From: a virus
Lineage: Duplodnaviria > Caudoviricetes
Length of the DNA stretch: 39,877 bases
Virus record (IMG/VR): IMGVR_UViG_3300002182_000011
Span: 1-39,877 of that record
Direction: 5' to 3' (one strand)
Within the stretch, counting starts at the first letter, position 1. Every line of letters begins with the position of its first letter. Position numbers and translations under genes: made by a program. The notes beneath the pieces were generated by a model. The model ran no database searches. It worked only from the letters and a program-made list of their open reading frames with translations, and had not been told where the DNA came from. Shown here piece by piece: positions 1 to 8,458 of the stretch.

Positions 1-235
1 TTGTAATAGCAATTAACTTTTCTGTCCCATCTGTCTTATAGAATTGGTCTAATAGCATAATTGCACCATTTAAAGGAAGATTTGAACCTTTAGCAGTATA
101 ACCTTCAATCTTTTTAAGATTAGAGAACTTATCAATATAGATATTCCTACAATCAGTAAGTTCCATATCATTGATTAGAGTTCCTGCCAAGTTGTAGCGT
201 AGACCTTTTAATGGAATATAGAGATTTGCTTGCAT
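1..235 (-). CDS. 5' fragment of the tail stabilisation protein gene (second allele of 37956..39683), truncated by the window edge
   Basis: Aligns to 39449..39683 with 8 substitutions; ATG at 235 gives MQANLYIPLKGLRYNLAG... Confidence 0.9.
   Translation of the reverse strand, partial: MQANLYIPLKGLRYNLAGTLINDMELTDCRNIYIDKFSNLKKIEGYTAKGSNLPLNGAIMLLDQFYKTDGTEKLIAIT
1..235. repeat. Imperfect terminal overlap with 39449..39683, implying a ~39,448 bp circular or permuted genome unit
   Basis: First 93 nt identical; mismatches at 94, 127, 137, 152, 155, 161, 202 and 221; sequences diverge completely just beyond the ATG. Confidence 0.92.
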
Positions 236-237
236 AT

Positions 238-531
238 CTAAATTTTTAGAGCTGATATTTCTTCATCAGTAAAACCTAATGCTTTAAACTTATTTAATAT
301 ACTCTGTTTTATTTGTTCATGTTTTTTCTGCTCTATTTTTATTTTTTCAATTTCTTCTGTTGGAGGAATATATCTTATAATTTTCCCATCTTTATACATT
401 GCTTCCTCAAATAAAATATTTTCTTCAGAATAAATTGCTATTTCCCCTCTACTTTTCAAATCTTCTTCCGAGGGTTCATACCAACATTTTACTATTACTT
501 TCCCTTCTTTGTTAACTACGTACCAAGGCAT
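238..531 (-). CDS. Small protein downstream of the tail fibre, probable tail fibre assembly/chaperone protein
   Basis: 97 aa ORF coupled by TAATG to the tail fibre gene; size and position fit a fibre chaperone. Confidence 0.55.
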   Translation of the reverse strand: MPWYVVNKEGKVIVKCWYEPSEEDLKSRGEIAIYSEENILFEEAMYKDGKIIRYIPPTEEIEKIKIEQKKHEQIKQSILNKFKALGFTDEEISALKI

Positions 532-1361
532 TATTTTATTCCAATAATAATATAATTAGCTCTTTGCGTAGAAGGATGTCCTGTTGGATATCTCATTAAT
601 CCATTTCTCCATCCGTCTTTATGATAAGAACCAGTAGTTACTATTCTTCCGCTTAAAGGATTATCATTCCAAGTTCTATAAGCGTTAGAAGTATAACACC
701 ATATAGAACCATTACCTGCCTCTGCAGGATTCTCCGCTTCATCATAACCTGCGGCAAGCCCTACTATCCAAAAACATTCTGATTCTGAAAATCCCTCAGG
801 TAAAGGAATAGTAGCACCATCAGCTGCAGTTCCTACTAAAATAGCTATATTATTTTTTAATAAGCCTGCCCCTGCAGGAAATCTTGCATTTGCATCAAGA
901 GCTAAAGGAGCATTTGCAGTAGGAGTAGTTTTGATAAATCCTTTCCTCACTGCCTGATTATCAGAAGTTGGGTCAACTGCAGGTAGAACTGGAATAGATG
1001 TAAAAGTCTTAACTCCGTCAATAGTCTGATCTCCACTAAGTAAAACTGCTTGATTTAGTTTACCTCCTGTCGTTAATTGTAGAACATTTCCACTTGAATC
1101 TTTATAGAATAATTCTGTAATTCCATTTACATCTTTTGTGTAAAGAATTCCATAATCTGTTAAAGTAGTCGGGTCTGAACTTTGCTCTTTTAAAGTTGCT
1201 TTCTTATGATATCCGTCCGTAGCCGTAGAATCATTCCAGATATGGTCTACTGCCATACGTTCACGAATATCAAGTTTTGTAGCTCTTATCTCATCATCTC
1301 CACCACTAATTTGGTCTGTCCCCGCAGGAAGACTTTCGTTCCAAGCTCTGGTATGGGGCAT
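531..1361 (-). CDS. Tail fibre / receptor-binding protein
   Basis: 276 aa; GDQTIDGVKTFTSIP fibre-type repeat and C-terminal GATIPLPEGFSESEC...ANYIIIGIK fibre-tip-like domain; SD GGAGGTG. Confidence 0.7.
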   Translation of the reverse strand: MPHTRAWNESLPAGTDQISGGDDEIRATKLDIRERMAVDHIWNDSTATDGYHKKATLKEQSSDPTTLTDYGILYTKDVNGITELFYKDSSGNVLQLTTGGKLNQAVLLSGDQTIDGVKTFTSIPVLPAVDPTSDNQAVRKGFIKTTPTANAPLALDANARFPAGAGLLKNNIAILVGTAADGATIPLPEGFSESECFWIVGLAAGYDEAENPAEAGNGSIWCYTSNAYRTWNDNPLSGRIVTTGSYHKDGWRNGLMRYPTGHPSTQRANYIIIGIK

Positions 1362-1373
1362 AATACACCTCCT

Positions 1374-1601
1374 TTATTTCTTAAGTTCTTCTGTCATCAT
1401 TTCTATTATACTTAACCTTTTTTCTAAATTTATTTCTAATTCCTGATGATGTCTTAAATGATTTTTCATTTCTGTCTTTATTTCTTTTATCTCATCTCTT
1501 ATTCCGTTCAAAATAAATAAGATTAAAGCAATAAGTAAAGGAACTAAAAAGTCTAATACTCTCTTAGCTCCATTATTAAATTGTTTTACTCTGCTCACCA
1601 T
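1374..1601 (-). CDS. Small membrane protein (one TM helix plus coiled coil), holin-like
   Basis: 75 aa; hydrophobic FLVPLLIALILFIL followed by a charged heptad region. Confidence 0.55.
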   Translation of the reverse strand: MVSRVKQFNNGAKRVLDFLVPLLIALILFILNGIRDEIKEIKTEMKNHLRHHQELEINLEKRLSIIEMMTEELKK

Positions 1602-1789
1602 TTAAATTTAATGCGTATTCCTCTGTATTCAATTCCCTCTTCTGTTTTAAACTTACCAAATCTTATATTTAATAATATCTTTAACCACAAAGGAAGCTCT
1701 CCTCTTTCTAAACTCTTTAAAGCTGTCTCAATAAGCCAAAGAGAAAACCTTCCTTTTAAAGTTAAGCCTTTTGAGGTAAGAAAAAATTT
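1595..1789 (-). CDS. Start-less open frame, candidate -1 frameshift extension of the 1762..1992 gene
   Basis: Open frame KFFLTSKGLTLKGRFSLWLIETALKSLERGELPLWLKILLNIRFGKFKTEEGIEYRGIRIKFKW* fills the gap, ends overlapping the next ATG (ATGGTGA) and begins at the slippery run AAATTTTTTC. Confidence 0.45.
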   Translation of the reverse strand, partial: KFFLTSKGLTLKGRFSLWLIETALKSLERGELPLWLKILLNIRFGKFKTEEGIEYRGIRIKFKW

Positions 1790-1992
1790 TTAATCTTTTC
1801 TACTTGAGCATCTATCAAGTTAACTACATTTCTTACCTTTTCTACACTCTCAAAGAACTTGCTCTGTGGAAGAGCAATATACAAGAAATTCAATATCGCA
1901 GTAAGAATTTCCTTCAACATCTTTAGAAAAGCTTGTGTAATTGCAAAGATACTTGCTAAGTTTACTGAAATCCAAGAAATAACTTTCCACAT
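1762..1992 (-). CDS. Small amphipathic/membrane protein, possible lysis protein
   Basis: 76 aa, hydrophobic N-terminal half, strong SD GGAGGTGA. Confidence 0.55.
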   Translation of the reverse strand: MWKVISWISVNLASIFAITQAFLKMLKEILTAILNFLYIALPQSKFFESVEKVRNVVNLIDAQVEKIKNFFLPQKA

Positions 1993-2009
1993 ATTTCACC
2001 TCCTTAAGT

Positions 2010-2465
2010 TTAGCTAATTTGAATTTTCCAAGTTATAGTTAAAGTATTTCCACTTGTTACATTCAAAGCACTAAAAGATTGAGATGCTAACATTGTTCCA
2101 CCAGAGGGAGCATTAAAAAGTCCAGCTTCAGTTACAGCAAAAGATGAAGTAAAAGTAAAAGTTGTAGTCCACTGCGCTGTATCGTTTGTAGTATTTGTAG
2201 TTATTCTTGTTCCTGTAACATTTGCACCACCTCGTCTTTCACCACCACCACTGGTTATCTCCGCACCTAAAGCAGTAGAAGTCGGTGTTCCTGTTCCAAT
2301 AGCAATGTAGTCCCATCCAGTTCCACCTACATCTGCAACCATCAATCCCGCAAGTTCAGCCTTACCTACAGAAGTAATAGTATTAGAAATTAATCTTTCA
2401 TCAAATATTTCTCCATTTGAATCTTTGGCTACAAGATGAATAATCCCTTTTAGTTTTAAATCCAT
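2010..2465 (-). CDS. Virion structural (tail-associated) protein
   Basis: 151 aa, Thr/Gly-rich beta protein with YIAIGTG...VTEAGLFNA...LTITWKI motifs common in phage tail proteins. Confidence 0.7.
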   Translation of the reverse strand: MDLKLKGIIHLVAKDSNGEIFDERLISNTITSVGKAELAGLMVADVGGTGWDYIAIGTGTPTSTALGAEITSGGGERRGGANVTGTRITTNTTNDTAQWTTTFTFTSSFAVTEAGLFNAPSGGTMLASQSFSALNVTSGNTLTITWKIQIS

Positions 2466-2617
2466 TATTCCTCCTTTCTTTTAACTTTACCAGTTATTAA
2501 ATCACGCTCTTCTTTATCACAAACCATTCTATGTTCTTTTCTTTTTCCTTTTTGTTTTAACTCTAAAATAATTCCTTCATTTATAGTTATCTTATCTATG
2601 GTGACGTTTCCGTCCAT
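2465..2617 (-). CDS. Hypothetical protein (50 aa, below the ORF track cutoff)
   Basis: SD GGAGGTGA then MDGNVTIDKITINEG...; TAATG coupling to the next gene. Confidence 0.6.
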   Translation of the reverse strand: MDGNVTIDKITINEGIILELKQKGKRKEHRMVCDKEERDLITGKVKRKEE

Positions 2618-3318
2618 ATTTCACCTCCTGGTTCTTCTTTAATCCAAGTTGTATTCTGTGGTGTTGTTTTTACCCACATCATATTTTGTGGTAATGCTTT
2701 TGTCCAAGTTGTGCTTAAAGGTGATACTCTTGACCAAACTCCTTCGTTTGGCTTAATACTTCTCCAGTATTTATAGATATCTGCTAAAATTAGGATTTCA
2801 ATAAAAGTTTTGCCTAATTGCTTTCCTAAAAATTCAGTTAACTGATAAGTTTCTGTCCAAGTTCTTCCAATATTTTTTGTAATAAAATCTTGTAAAGTTA
2901 TAGAATCTGCAAAAGTTCTTTCAGTTTGTTTTTGGATAATATCAGTTAAAATCAAGAAATCTAAAATACTTATACTAATTTCTTTTTGCGCTATTTCAGT
3001 TAAATATAAAGTATCTGTATAAGTTCTGTTTAGCGTTGCTGTCCTTGAATAGATTTCAATAAGATTAATTAAGTCAAGAAAAGTTCTGCTTATTTGCTTT
3101 TGTATAGCTTCTGTTAGAATAATAGAATCTAAAACGGTTATACTTACTGCTTTTTGAATTGTTTCAGTTAAAGCAATAGATTCAGAAAAAATTTTGGTTA
3201 TATCTTTAATAAAAGATGGCTCAGAAAGAAATAAACTCTCTGTGAATAATATAAATTTTTCAACTCTTCCTACTTCTCCACCGTAACTTGTGCTTCCATA
3301 CGAAAAACTACCATACAT
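2596..3318 (-). CDS. Virion protein with internal ~19 aa repeats (tail/fibre-associated)
   Basis: Repeated (R/K)xFxDxIxLTE units; N-terminal MYGSFSYG motif seen in phage tail proteins. Confidence 0.6.
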   Translation of the reverse strand: MYGSFSYGSTSYGGEVGRVEKFILFTESLFLSEPSFIKDITKIFSESIALTETIQKAVSITVLDSIILTEAIQKQISRTFLDLINLIEIYSRTATLNRTYTDTLYLTEIAQKEISISILDFLILTDIIQKQTERTFADSITLQDFITKNIGRTWTETYQLTEFLGKQLGKTFIEILILADIYKYWRSIKPNEGVWSRVSPLSTTWTKALPQNMMWVKTTPQNTTWIKEEPGGEIWTETSP

Positions 3319-3319
3319 T

Positions 3320-3628
3320 TTAGATGCTCCCTTTCTCTAATTTCTTTTCAAATTCTCTTTGTTTTTCTATTGCAGATTTTAACAATGGAGAATTTTCAGC
3401 AATTAGTTTTCTAATAATCTGAATCTTCTTTTCAGGTGGAGTAAACTTTGAACCTTCTCCTGATTGTTCTACAATTTGGTCTATAATCTGACGAATTTTA
3501 TTTGATAGAGCATTTGAACACCATTCATCAATACTAATCATATCTGTTTCAAGTGCTTTCTTTTCTTCTTCAGTAATCTCTAATATTATTTGATACTTTT
3601 TTATCCCATCCTTAATAATTTCTTGCAT
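3320..3628 (-). CDS. Hypothetical protein downstream of the C1q-like fibre
   Basis: Track ORF 3320..3646; probable start at MQEII (3628) after SD AGGAGG. Confidence 0.65.
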   Translation of the reverse strand: MQEIIKDGIKKYQIILEITEEEKKALETDMISIDEWCSNALSNKIRQIIDQIVEQSGEGSKFTPPEKKIQIIRKLIAENSPLLKSAIEKQREFEKKLEKGSI

Positions 3629-3805
3629 AACTGAACCTCCTTTCAAATTGATTTTTACTTCCTAAATGGCTTAAACTTATTTTTCTTTTTGTTTCTTCTG
3701 TATGTTTTCTATTAATCATTCTCAATCCACTCCTGGATAGAAATCATATCTGTAAGCAAAGCCTTTCTCTTCTTTTTCGGTGAGATTAATGATATATTGT
3801 CCCAT
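3612..3805 (-). pseudogene. Frameshifted, truncated paralog of 3320..3628 followed by a NUMOD3 fragment
   Basis: SD plus MGQYIINLTEKEEK, then a 1-nt shift to ALLTDMISIQEWIEN (compare ITEEEKKALETDMISIDEWCSN); then MINRKHTEETKRKISLSHLG at 3612..3719. Confidence 0.7.
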
Positions 3806-3817
3806 TTTTACCTCCTG

Positions 3818-4726
3818 TTAAGCTATTTTTACGATTATAAATCTGCAATTGACTTCAGTTTCATAAGCATTCTGGTTTGAGCCTGAATTCTGATATACTT
3901 CTACTTCAAAGTAATCTCCTGCTGAAACTGTTGGAGAAACCAGCAATTGAACTGTATTTTCTGTTGATGTTGCACCTGCTGTTGTCCAAGCATATCCTAC
4001 TGCATATCCATTTTTATTCAATCTTATCATTAGAGTATTCCCATCATTACAACTTATTCTTTGAAATGCGTAAAATAAATATACTCCTGGTTTAGTAGCA
4101 GTCCATCTATAATTGATTGAACTATCAAATTCGTTTTGTATATCTCTTATTTCTGAATTATAAACTTTTTTAGTCCAAGTTCCTGAAGGGATTGTTTGAA
4201 TTGCAGTAGAAGTTACACTGACTGCACTTTGCTTTGCTAAATCTAAAATCCCATTACTATGAAACCTTAAACACTCAACCCCACTAACTTTACCGACGAT
4301 GGTATCGGCGTCAGAGGTTTCCTCTACATCTAAAGAAGTATCGGCATCAGCATCTTTGATATAAGTCTTTTTATCTACATAAGTTTTTATATCATCTATC
4401 GTCTTCTTTGTAGGAGCAAGAATTATTCTATATGTCTTCCCTGAAGTATTATGATTTTTAGCAGTAGTCCCTTCTTGTGCTCTTGTAATCGTGTAAGTCG
4501 TATTTCCACCTGAACTTGACGAAGCAGTTACTCTGACTATCTCTACATCTGGGTCTTGAGCAGGATTAGAATAATCTGTAGAATTAAAAACTACAACATT
4601 GAAAGCACCATCGGTATTGGGATTAGGAAATTTACTTGCATCACTATCAGAAATTATTAAAGTTGTATCAGTATTGGAAATACCAGATACTAAAGTTCCA
4701 AAAGCAAAGTTTCTAATTGGGTCCAT
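3818..4726 (-). CDS. Tail fibre/spike protein with a C1q-like C-terminal domain
   Basis: N-terminal EIVRVTA...TITRAQEGTTAKNH anchor motif; C-terminal DIQNEFD...WTATKPGVYLF...GDYFEVEVYQ typical of C1q-like domains. Confidence 0.7.
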   Translation of the reverse strand: MDPIRNFAFGTLVSGISNTDTTLIISDSDASKFPNPNTDGAFNVVVFNSTDYSNPAQDPDVEIVRVTASSSSGGNTTYTITRAQEGTTAKNHNTSGKTYRIILAPTKKTIDDIKTYVDKKTYIKDADADTSLDVEETSDADTIVGKVSGVECLRFHSNGILDLAKQSAVSVTSTAIQTIPSGTWTKKVYNSEIRDIQNEFDSSINYRWTATKPGVYLFYAFQRISCNDGNTLMIRLNKNGYAVGYAWTTAGATSTENTVQLLVSPTVSAGDYFEVEVYQNSGSNQNAYETEVNCRFIIVKIA

Positions 4727-4738
4727 AGCAATATACTC

Positions 4739-5362
4739 CTATTTTATCCTTAACCTCAAGCGAGGACTGTAAAATGTATATCTTTTCTTTCCTTCTCTAC
4801 GCATAAGCTTTACTAACTCATTATTATATTTTTGCTCCCATTCAGCTGTCTTATCTGGTTGTTGAAAGTAATGAAATCCTTCTGCAGTTGCTCCGTATAT
4901 AAGCAAATCTGCCCAATATTTACAAAGGTCATTTTCTTCAACTGCAGTATCAGTTAAATCTGGTAAATATTCGTAATATTTGAGTTTTAAAGTATATACC
5001 CCATCAGGGATAGGATAAAGCCAATAAGCATTATCCCATATCCAATAGTTTGTAGGTCTGCCTGTTTTATCTGTTTGAGTATAAGAGCGCTCTGCTTCTG
5101 AGCCTACCCATTTAACTAAATAATATTTTATATTTTCGCTCTCTAACCAGATATGCAATTCATCTTTATAGTCAGAAGGTAAGGTATAACTTTGCTGATT
5201 TGCAACTGTAGAAGCCGAAGCAGTTGCTTCCATAAAGGAGAAATTATCTATATTGCATATCTGTTTTTGTCTATTATTAAGCCATTGGAGAACTAAAGAA
5301 GTTGTAGCATCTTCTCTATTTAAATTTGCTTTTACTTGAGCGATAATTTCCTGAGAAGTCAT
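4739..5362 (-). CDS. Head-tail adaptor protein
   Basis: 207 aa; TVANQQSYTLPSD, GRPTNY, LYPIPDGVYTL and DLLIYGA motifs of podovirus adaptor proteins. Confidence 0.7.
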   Translation of the reverse strand: MTSQEIIAQVKANLNREDATTSLVLQWLNNRQKQICNIDNFSFMEATASASTVANQQSYTLPSDYKDELHIWLESENIKYYLVKWVGSEAERSYTQTDKTGRPTNYWIWDNAYWLYPIPDGVYTLKLKYYEYLPDLTDTAVEENDLCKYWADLLIYGATAEGFHYFQQPDKTAEWEQKYNNELVKLMRREGKKRYTFYSPRLRLRIK

Positions 5363-5363
5363 T

Positions 5364-5801
5364 TTATCTTCTCCTGTATTTTCTAATATATTCTTCTAAA
5401 CTCCTCGTTCTTTGCGGAAGAGGAGTTAATGTTCCTTTTTTGTAAGCTATTGGTCCACGCCAAGCCTCTCCTAAAATCTTCATTATCTCTTCACGAGGTA
5501 ATGTATAACTTAAATGCAAATATAAACGAGAAATTATATCTGCATATTTTTTAGCTACATCTTCATATAAGTTTGGATTTCTGATTATATCTTCCCATTT
5601 GTATCTTTTATATTCAGGAAATATCCTTTGCACATCCTCAAAAGCTTTTGCAGTTAATCCTAAAGGTCCATAAGCCACTCCTCCTGGATGAACATAAGAA
5701 TAGGGAACTTTTCCACCAGAGCTTTCTACATAAGCTATCCCACCTCTTAAATATTCCCATAAATCTAAAGGTATCCCTACTCCAGCCATTGCGTCCCCCA
5801 A
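5364..5801 (-). CDS. Lysozyme-like / transglycosylase-fold protein
   Basis: IAYVESSGG catalytic-Glu motif and YGPLGL motif; start may be the ATG at 5789. Confidence 0.55.
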   Translation of the reverse strand: MGDAMAGVGIPLDLWEYLRGGIAYVESSGGKVPYSYVHPGGVAYGPLGLTAKAFEDVQRIFPEYKRYKWEDIIRNPNLYEDVAKKYADIISRLYLHLSYTLPREEIMKILGEAWRGPIAYKKGTLTPLPQRTRSLEEYIRKYRRR

Positions 5802-5953
5802 TTTTTTATTTCAGTTATAGTCACAGGATATTTTGCCTTAAATCCACAATCTGCACAAGCTAAATACCTCTCTAAAGGTTGTCTCTCCCAATAAATTTTA
5901 ATATTCTCCGACTTACACTTCGGACAGTGCTTAATCAATAAATTATCTTCCAT
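5777..5953 (-). CDS. Zinc-ribbon protein (58 aa, below the ORF track cutoff)
   Basis: MEDNLLIKHCPKCKSENI...LACADCGFKAK with two CxxC pairs. Confidence 0.65.
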   Translation of the reverse strand: MEDNLLIKHCPKCKSENIKIYWERQPLERYLACADCGFKAKYPVTITEIKNWGTQWLE

Positions 5954-5975
5954 AGCGCAACCTCTTGCACTATGA

Positions 5976-6110
5976 TTATTTTTTCTTATGTTTAAAGTAT
6001 TCTATCTGTCTCAATCTGCGAACCGCTTCAGCTTTTGTTTTGTAAGGTCTGGATAAGCGCTTTCCTTTTTCGCTATATACTACATATCCTTGCGCTGTTT
6101 TCCTTATCAT
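5976..6110 (-). CDS. Small basic conserved phage protein (44 aa)
   Basis: MIRKTAQGYVVYSEKGKRL...RLRQIEYFKH; TAATG coupling to the upstream gene; the track start at 6188 is probably too long. Confidence 0.65.
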   Translation of the reverse strand: MIRKTAQGYVVYSEKGKRLSRPYKTKAEAVRRLRQIEYFKHKKK

Positions 6111-6403
6111 TATTCTTTCCTCCTTCTTTTTCTTTTTTCTGCAGGAGACCCACGCATCTTTACTGCTATAGGAGACCATCTCAACCAACCTGCTAATCTC
6201 TTAGGGTCAGTAATATGGTCTTTATGTCTCTCTAAAGCTGCTTCTGCTTCTTCAAAACCTACCTTTCCTACCCAACGCTCTGCCGCAGGAACTAAAACCT
6301 CTCGAGCTCTTTTTGCCCTTCTTTCTCGCTCTGCTTCCGATAAGCGAGGAGGTCTGCGAGAATCTACATATCCCCTTGCTCCTTCACTACGAGTTCTTCC
6401 CAT
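6110..6403 (-). CDS. Basic hypothetical protein
   Basis: 97 aa, Arg-rich, SD GGAGGTGA. Confidence 0.6.
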   Translation of the reverse strand: MGRTRSEGARGYVDSRRPPRLSEAERERRAKRAREVLVPAAERWVGKVGFEEAEAALERHKDHITDPKRLAGWLRWSPIAVKMRGSPAEKRKRRRKE

Positions 6404-6508
6404 TTTTCACCTCCTTTCTTTTTTTTTGCTTCTATTTCATAAATATTTATTTTATTTTTCTTAACATCTTTAGAAATATCTAATTTTGCCATTTTTCCTC
6501 CTTAAACT

Positions 6509-6859
6509 TTATGGTTGTTTACCAAAAGGCTCAGCAATTATCGTTACATAAACTGTTCCTGTAAGATTTGCATTTGTGCAAGTAACCTTTACTTCATCCC
6601 CATCCATAAAAATACATTGTCCTGTAGGTCTAAAAACATAGTTCTGTGCTGCAGTTAAAGAAGTAGAGTCTAAAACTACATCATAATTTGAACCTTCCTT
6701 ACTATCAAAAACTACAGTAATAGTCTCCGTAATGTTAGTGCTTGCTTTTAATAAAACTTGACAGAGCCTAAAATTACAACCAAAAGATGTAGTATAACTT
6801 AACGCTGCACTCGCTAAATTCTGACTGGTAGTAGCTCTTAAATACTGAACTTTTTCCAT
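6509..6859 (-). CDS. Probable virion structural protein
   Basis: 116 aa beta-rich protein in the head/tail operon, SD GGAGGTGA. Confidence 0.6.
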   Translation of the reverse strand: MEKVQYLRATTSQNLASAALSYTTSFGCNFRLCQVLLKASTNITETITVVFDSKEGSNYDVVLDSTSLTAAQNYVFRPTGQCIFMDGDEVKVTCTNANLTGTVYVTIIAEPFGKQP

Positions 6860-6870
6860 TATTCACCTCC

Positions 6871-7068
6871 TTAAGTTTTAAAATAGTGTTTTGACACTTT
6901 GGGAGATTCTGCTTTCATCTCCTCAAATCCTAACTTGTCTGCACATTCAGGACAAACTAATAACCCTGGAGTAGCTGGGTCTTCAATAAGTTCCTCTACT
7001 AACCGTGCTTTATAACATCTATCACATCTATACTTTGCCACAGTTTCTTTAATATCTTCTATACCCAT
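6871..7068 (-). CDS. Zinc-finger protein
   Basis: CDRC...GLLVCPECAD motif, common next to phage head genes. Confidence 0.7.
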   Translation of the reverse strand: MGIEDIKETVAKYRCDRCYKARLVEELIEDPATPGLLVCPECADKLGFEEMKAESPKVSKHYFKT

Positions 7069-7979
7069 TATACCATCACTCCGTTAGGAATTTTTAAATA
7101 TAGAACTTCTCTTAATTTTGATTTAATTCTATTAAATACTCTTTCTGGTTCATCATAAATAAAAGCAATATAATCTCTTCTTTCTATAGTTTCAGGGTCA
7201 GGATGAGAATACATTAAAGCTTTCTGATGTTTGGGCCACATAACCGCACAAGGTTTATTTAAGACATTTCTTATGCAATTTAATCCTGAAGAAAAACCTA
7301 TATAGTAATCCAAAGTATCTAAAATCCTAATACAATCAGAAATATTTGTCTTTCCTACTAAATCAATGAGCGGAAAAGTTTCAGGTAATAAACCTTTGAT
7401 TTCTTGAATTGTATCTATATCCCAAATCCCTCCTAAAGCTACAAACTCAAAGTCGGGGAATTCTTTATGTACAAGCTGTAAAAATTCAACCCATCTTTCA
7501 GGCATCCAAGCATTCCAATTACGGATTCCTTGTATACTTGCCGTATGAAACCCAAAAGTAGGTTTATTAAATTTGATATTTATTTGAGGTTCATTAAGAT
7601 TTATTTTAAAATGATAGTTGGGTTCTAAATCAGGAAGCCAATCTTTAAGAGGTAAGCCTTTCTCTAAATGCTTATTAGCTTCAATGTAGATTATATCCTC
7701 TCCAAAAGCATCTAAATAATTTTGCCAGGTTCTTAATGGATAATATCTTCTTTGCTGGAATAAAATATCTTGATAGGTATGTTTTCCATACTTAGCTACA
7801 CAGTTAGGCAGTAAATCACAAAATTCTTTTGTTCGACGAGGATATTCATCAGGAATATAAACTTCCCATTGAATATCATGAATAGTAGAAAGCTTAATCC
7901 AAATCCAGATAAAGTCTCCTCAACCTATGCCAGACGGCACAGCCAATTTAATGACTTTCCTATCTGGCATATATACCAT
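7068..7979 (-). CDS. Glycosyltransferase family 9 (heptosyltransferase-like) with an in-frame TGA at codon 20 (7920..7922); readthrough or pseudogene
   Basis: SD GGAGGTG and ATG at 7979; VPSGIG*GDFIW, then an uninterrupted frame into the track ORF 7068..7505 (WMPERW, LIDLVGKT, YIGFSSGL GT9 motifs). Confidence 0.75.
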
Positions 7980-7986
7980 CACCTCC

Positions 7987-8454
7987 TTATGCTTTGGCAA
8001 AAATAGCTTCTTTTATAACTTCATGCTTATACCCATTCTTTTCCAGTTTTTCAATTAGCAGTTTTTTAATATTTAGCGAATGACATTCAATAATATATTC
8101 TGAAACAATTCTAAATATCTCACTGGGAACATAAGCTAAATGTATTTCTCGTCCTTCAATATCAATCTTTACAATGTCTACTTTCTCTCCAAAAGTAGCT
8201 AAAAGCCAAGTAAAATCATCTGCACCACGAATTTCTAATTCAATTAGCTCTACTTCTTTGGTAAAGAACTTCTTTAAATGCTCTTTTACAGATTTAGGGA
8301 ACTTTATATCTACAGCATAAACCTTTTTTGCTCCTTTAGAGAAAAAGTATTCAGCAGTTGTTCCTACATCTGCTCCAATATCAAGAATTACTTTCTCTCT
8401 AAAGTCAGTAAATCCTAAATGCTGTTCATAATTATTATAAAGATTTTCAAACAT
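7987..8454 (-). CDS. FkbM-like SAM-dependent methyltransferase
   Basis: VILDIGADVG motif I; DIVKIDIEGRE; IIECH. Confidence 0.8.
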   Translation of the reverse strand: MFENLYNNYEQHLGFTDFREKVILDIGADVGTTAEYFFSKGAKKVYAVDIKFPKSVKEHLKKFFTKEVELIELEIRGADDFTWLLATFGEKVDIVKIDIEGREIHLAYVPSEIFRIVSEYIIECHSLNIKKLLIEKLEKNGYKHEVIKEAIFAKA

Positions 8455-8458
8455 CTAT

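Noticed and set aside
1-235. Diversity-generating retroelement TR/VR pair, or an exact direct terminal repeat
   Set aside because: Mismatches are mostly synonymous and not adenine-specific, the repeat is at a gene 5' end, no reverse transcriptase is present, and the copies are not identical.
7920-7922. Genome-wide TGA reassignment (genetic code 4 or 25)
   Set aside because: Many genes end in TGA with ATGA overlaps, and this is the only internal TGA I found in an otherwise intact gene.
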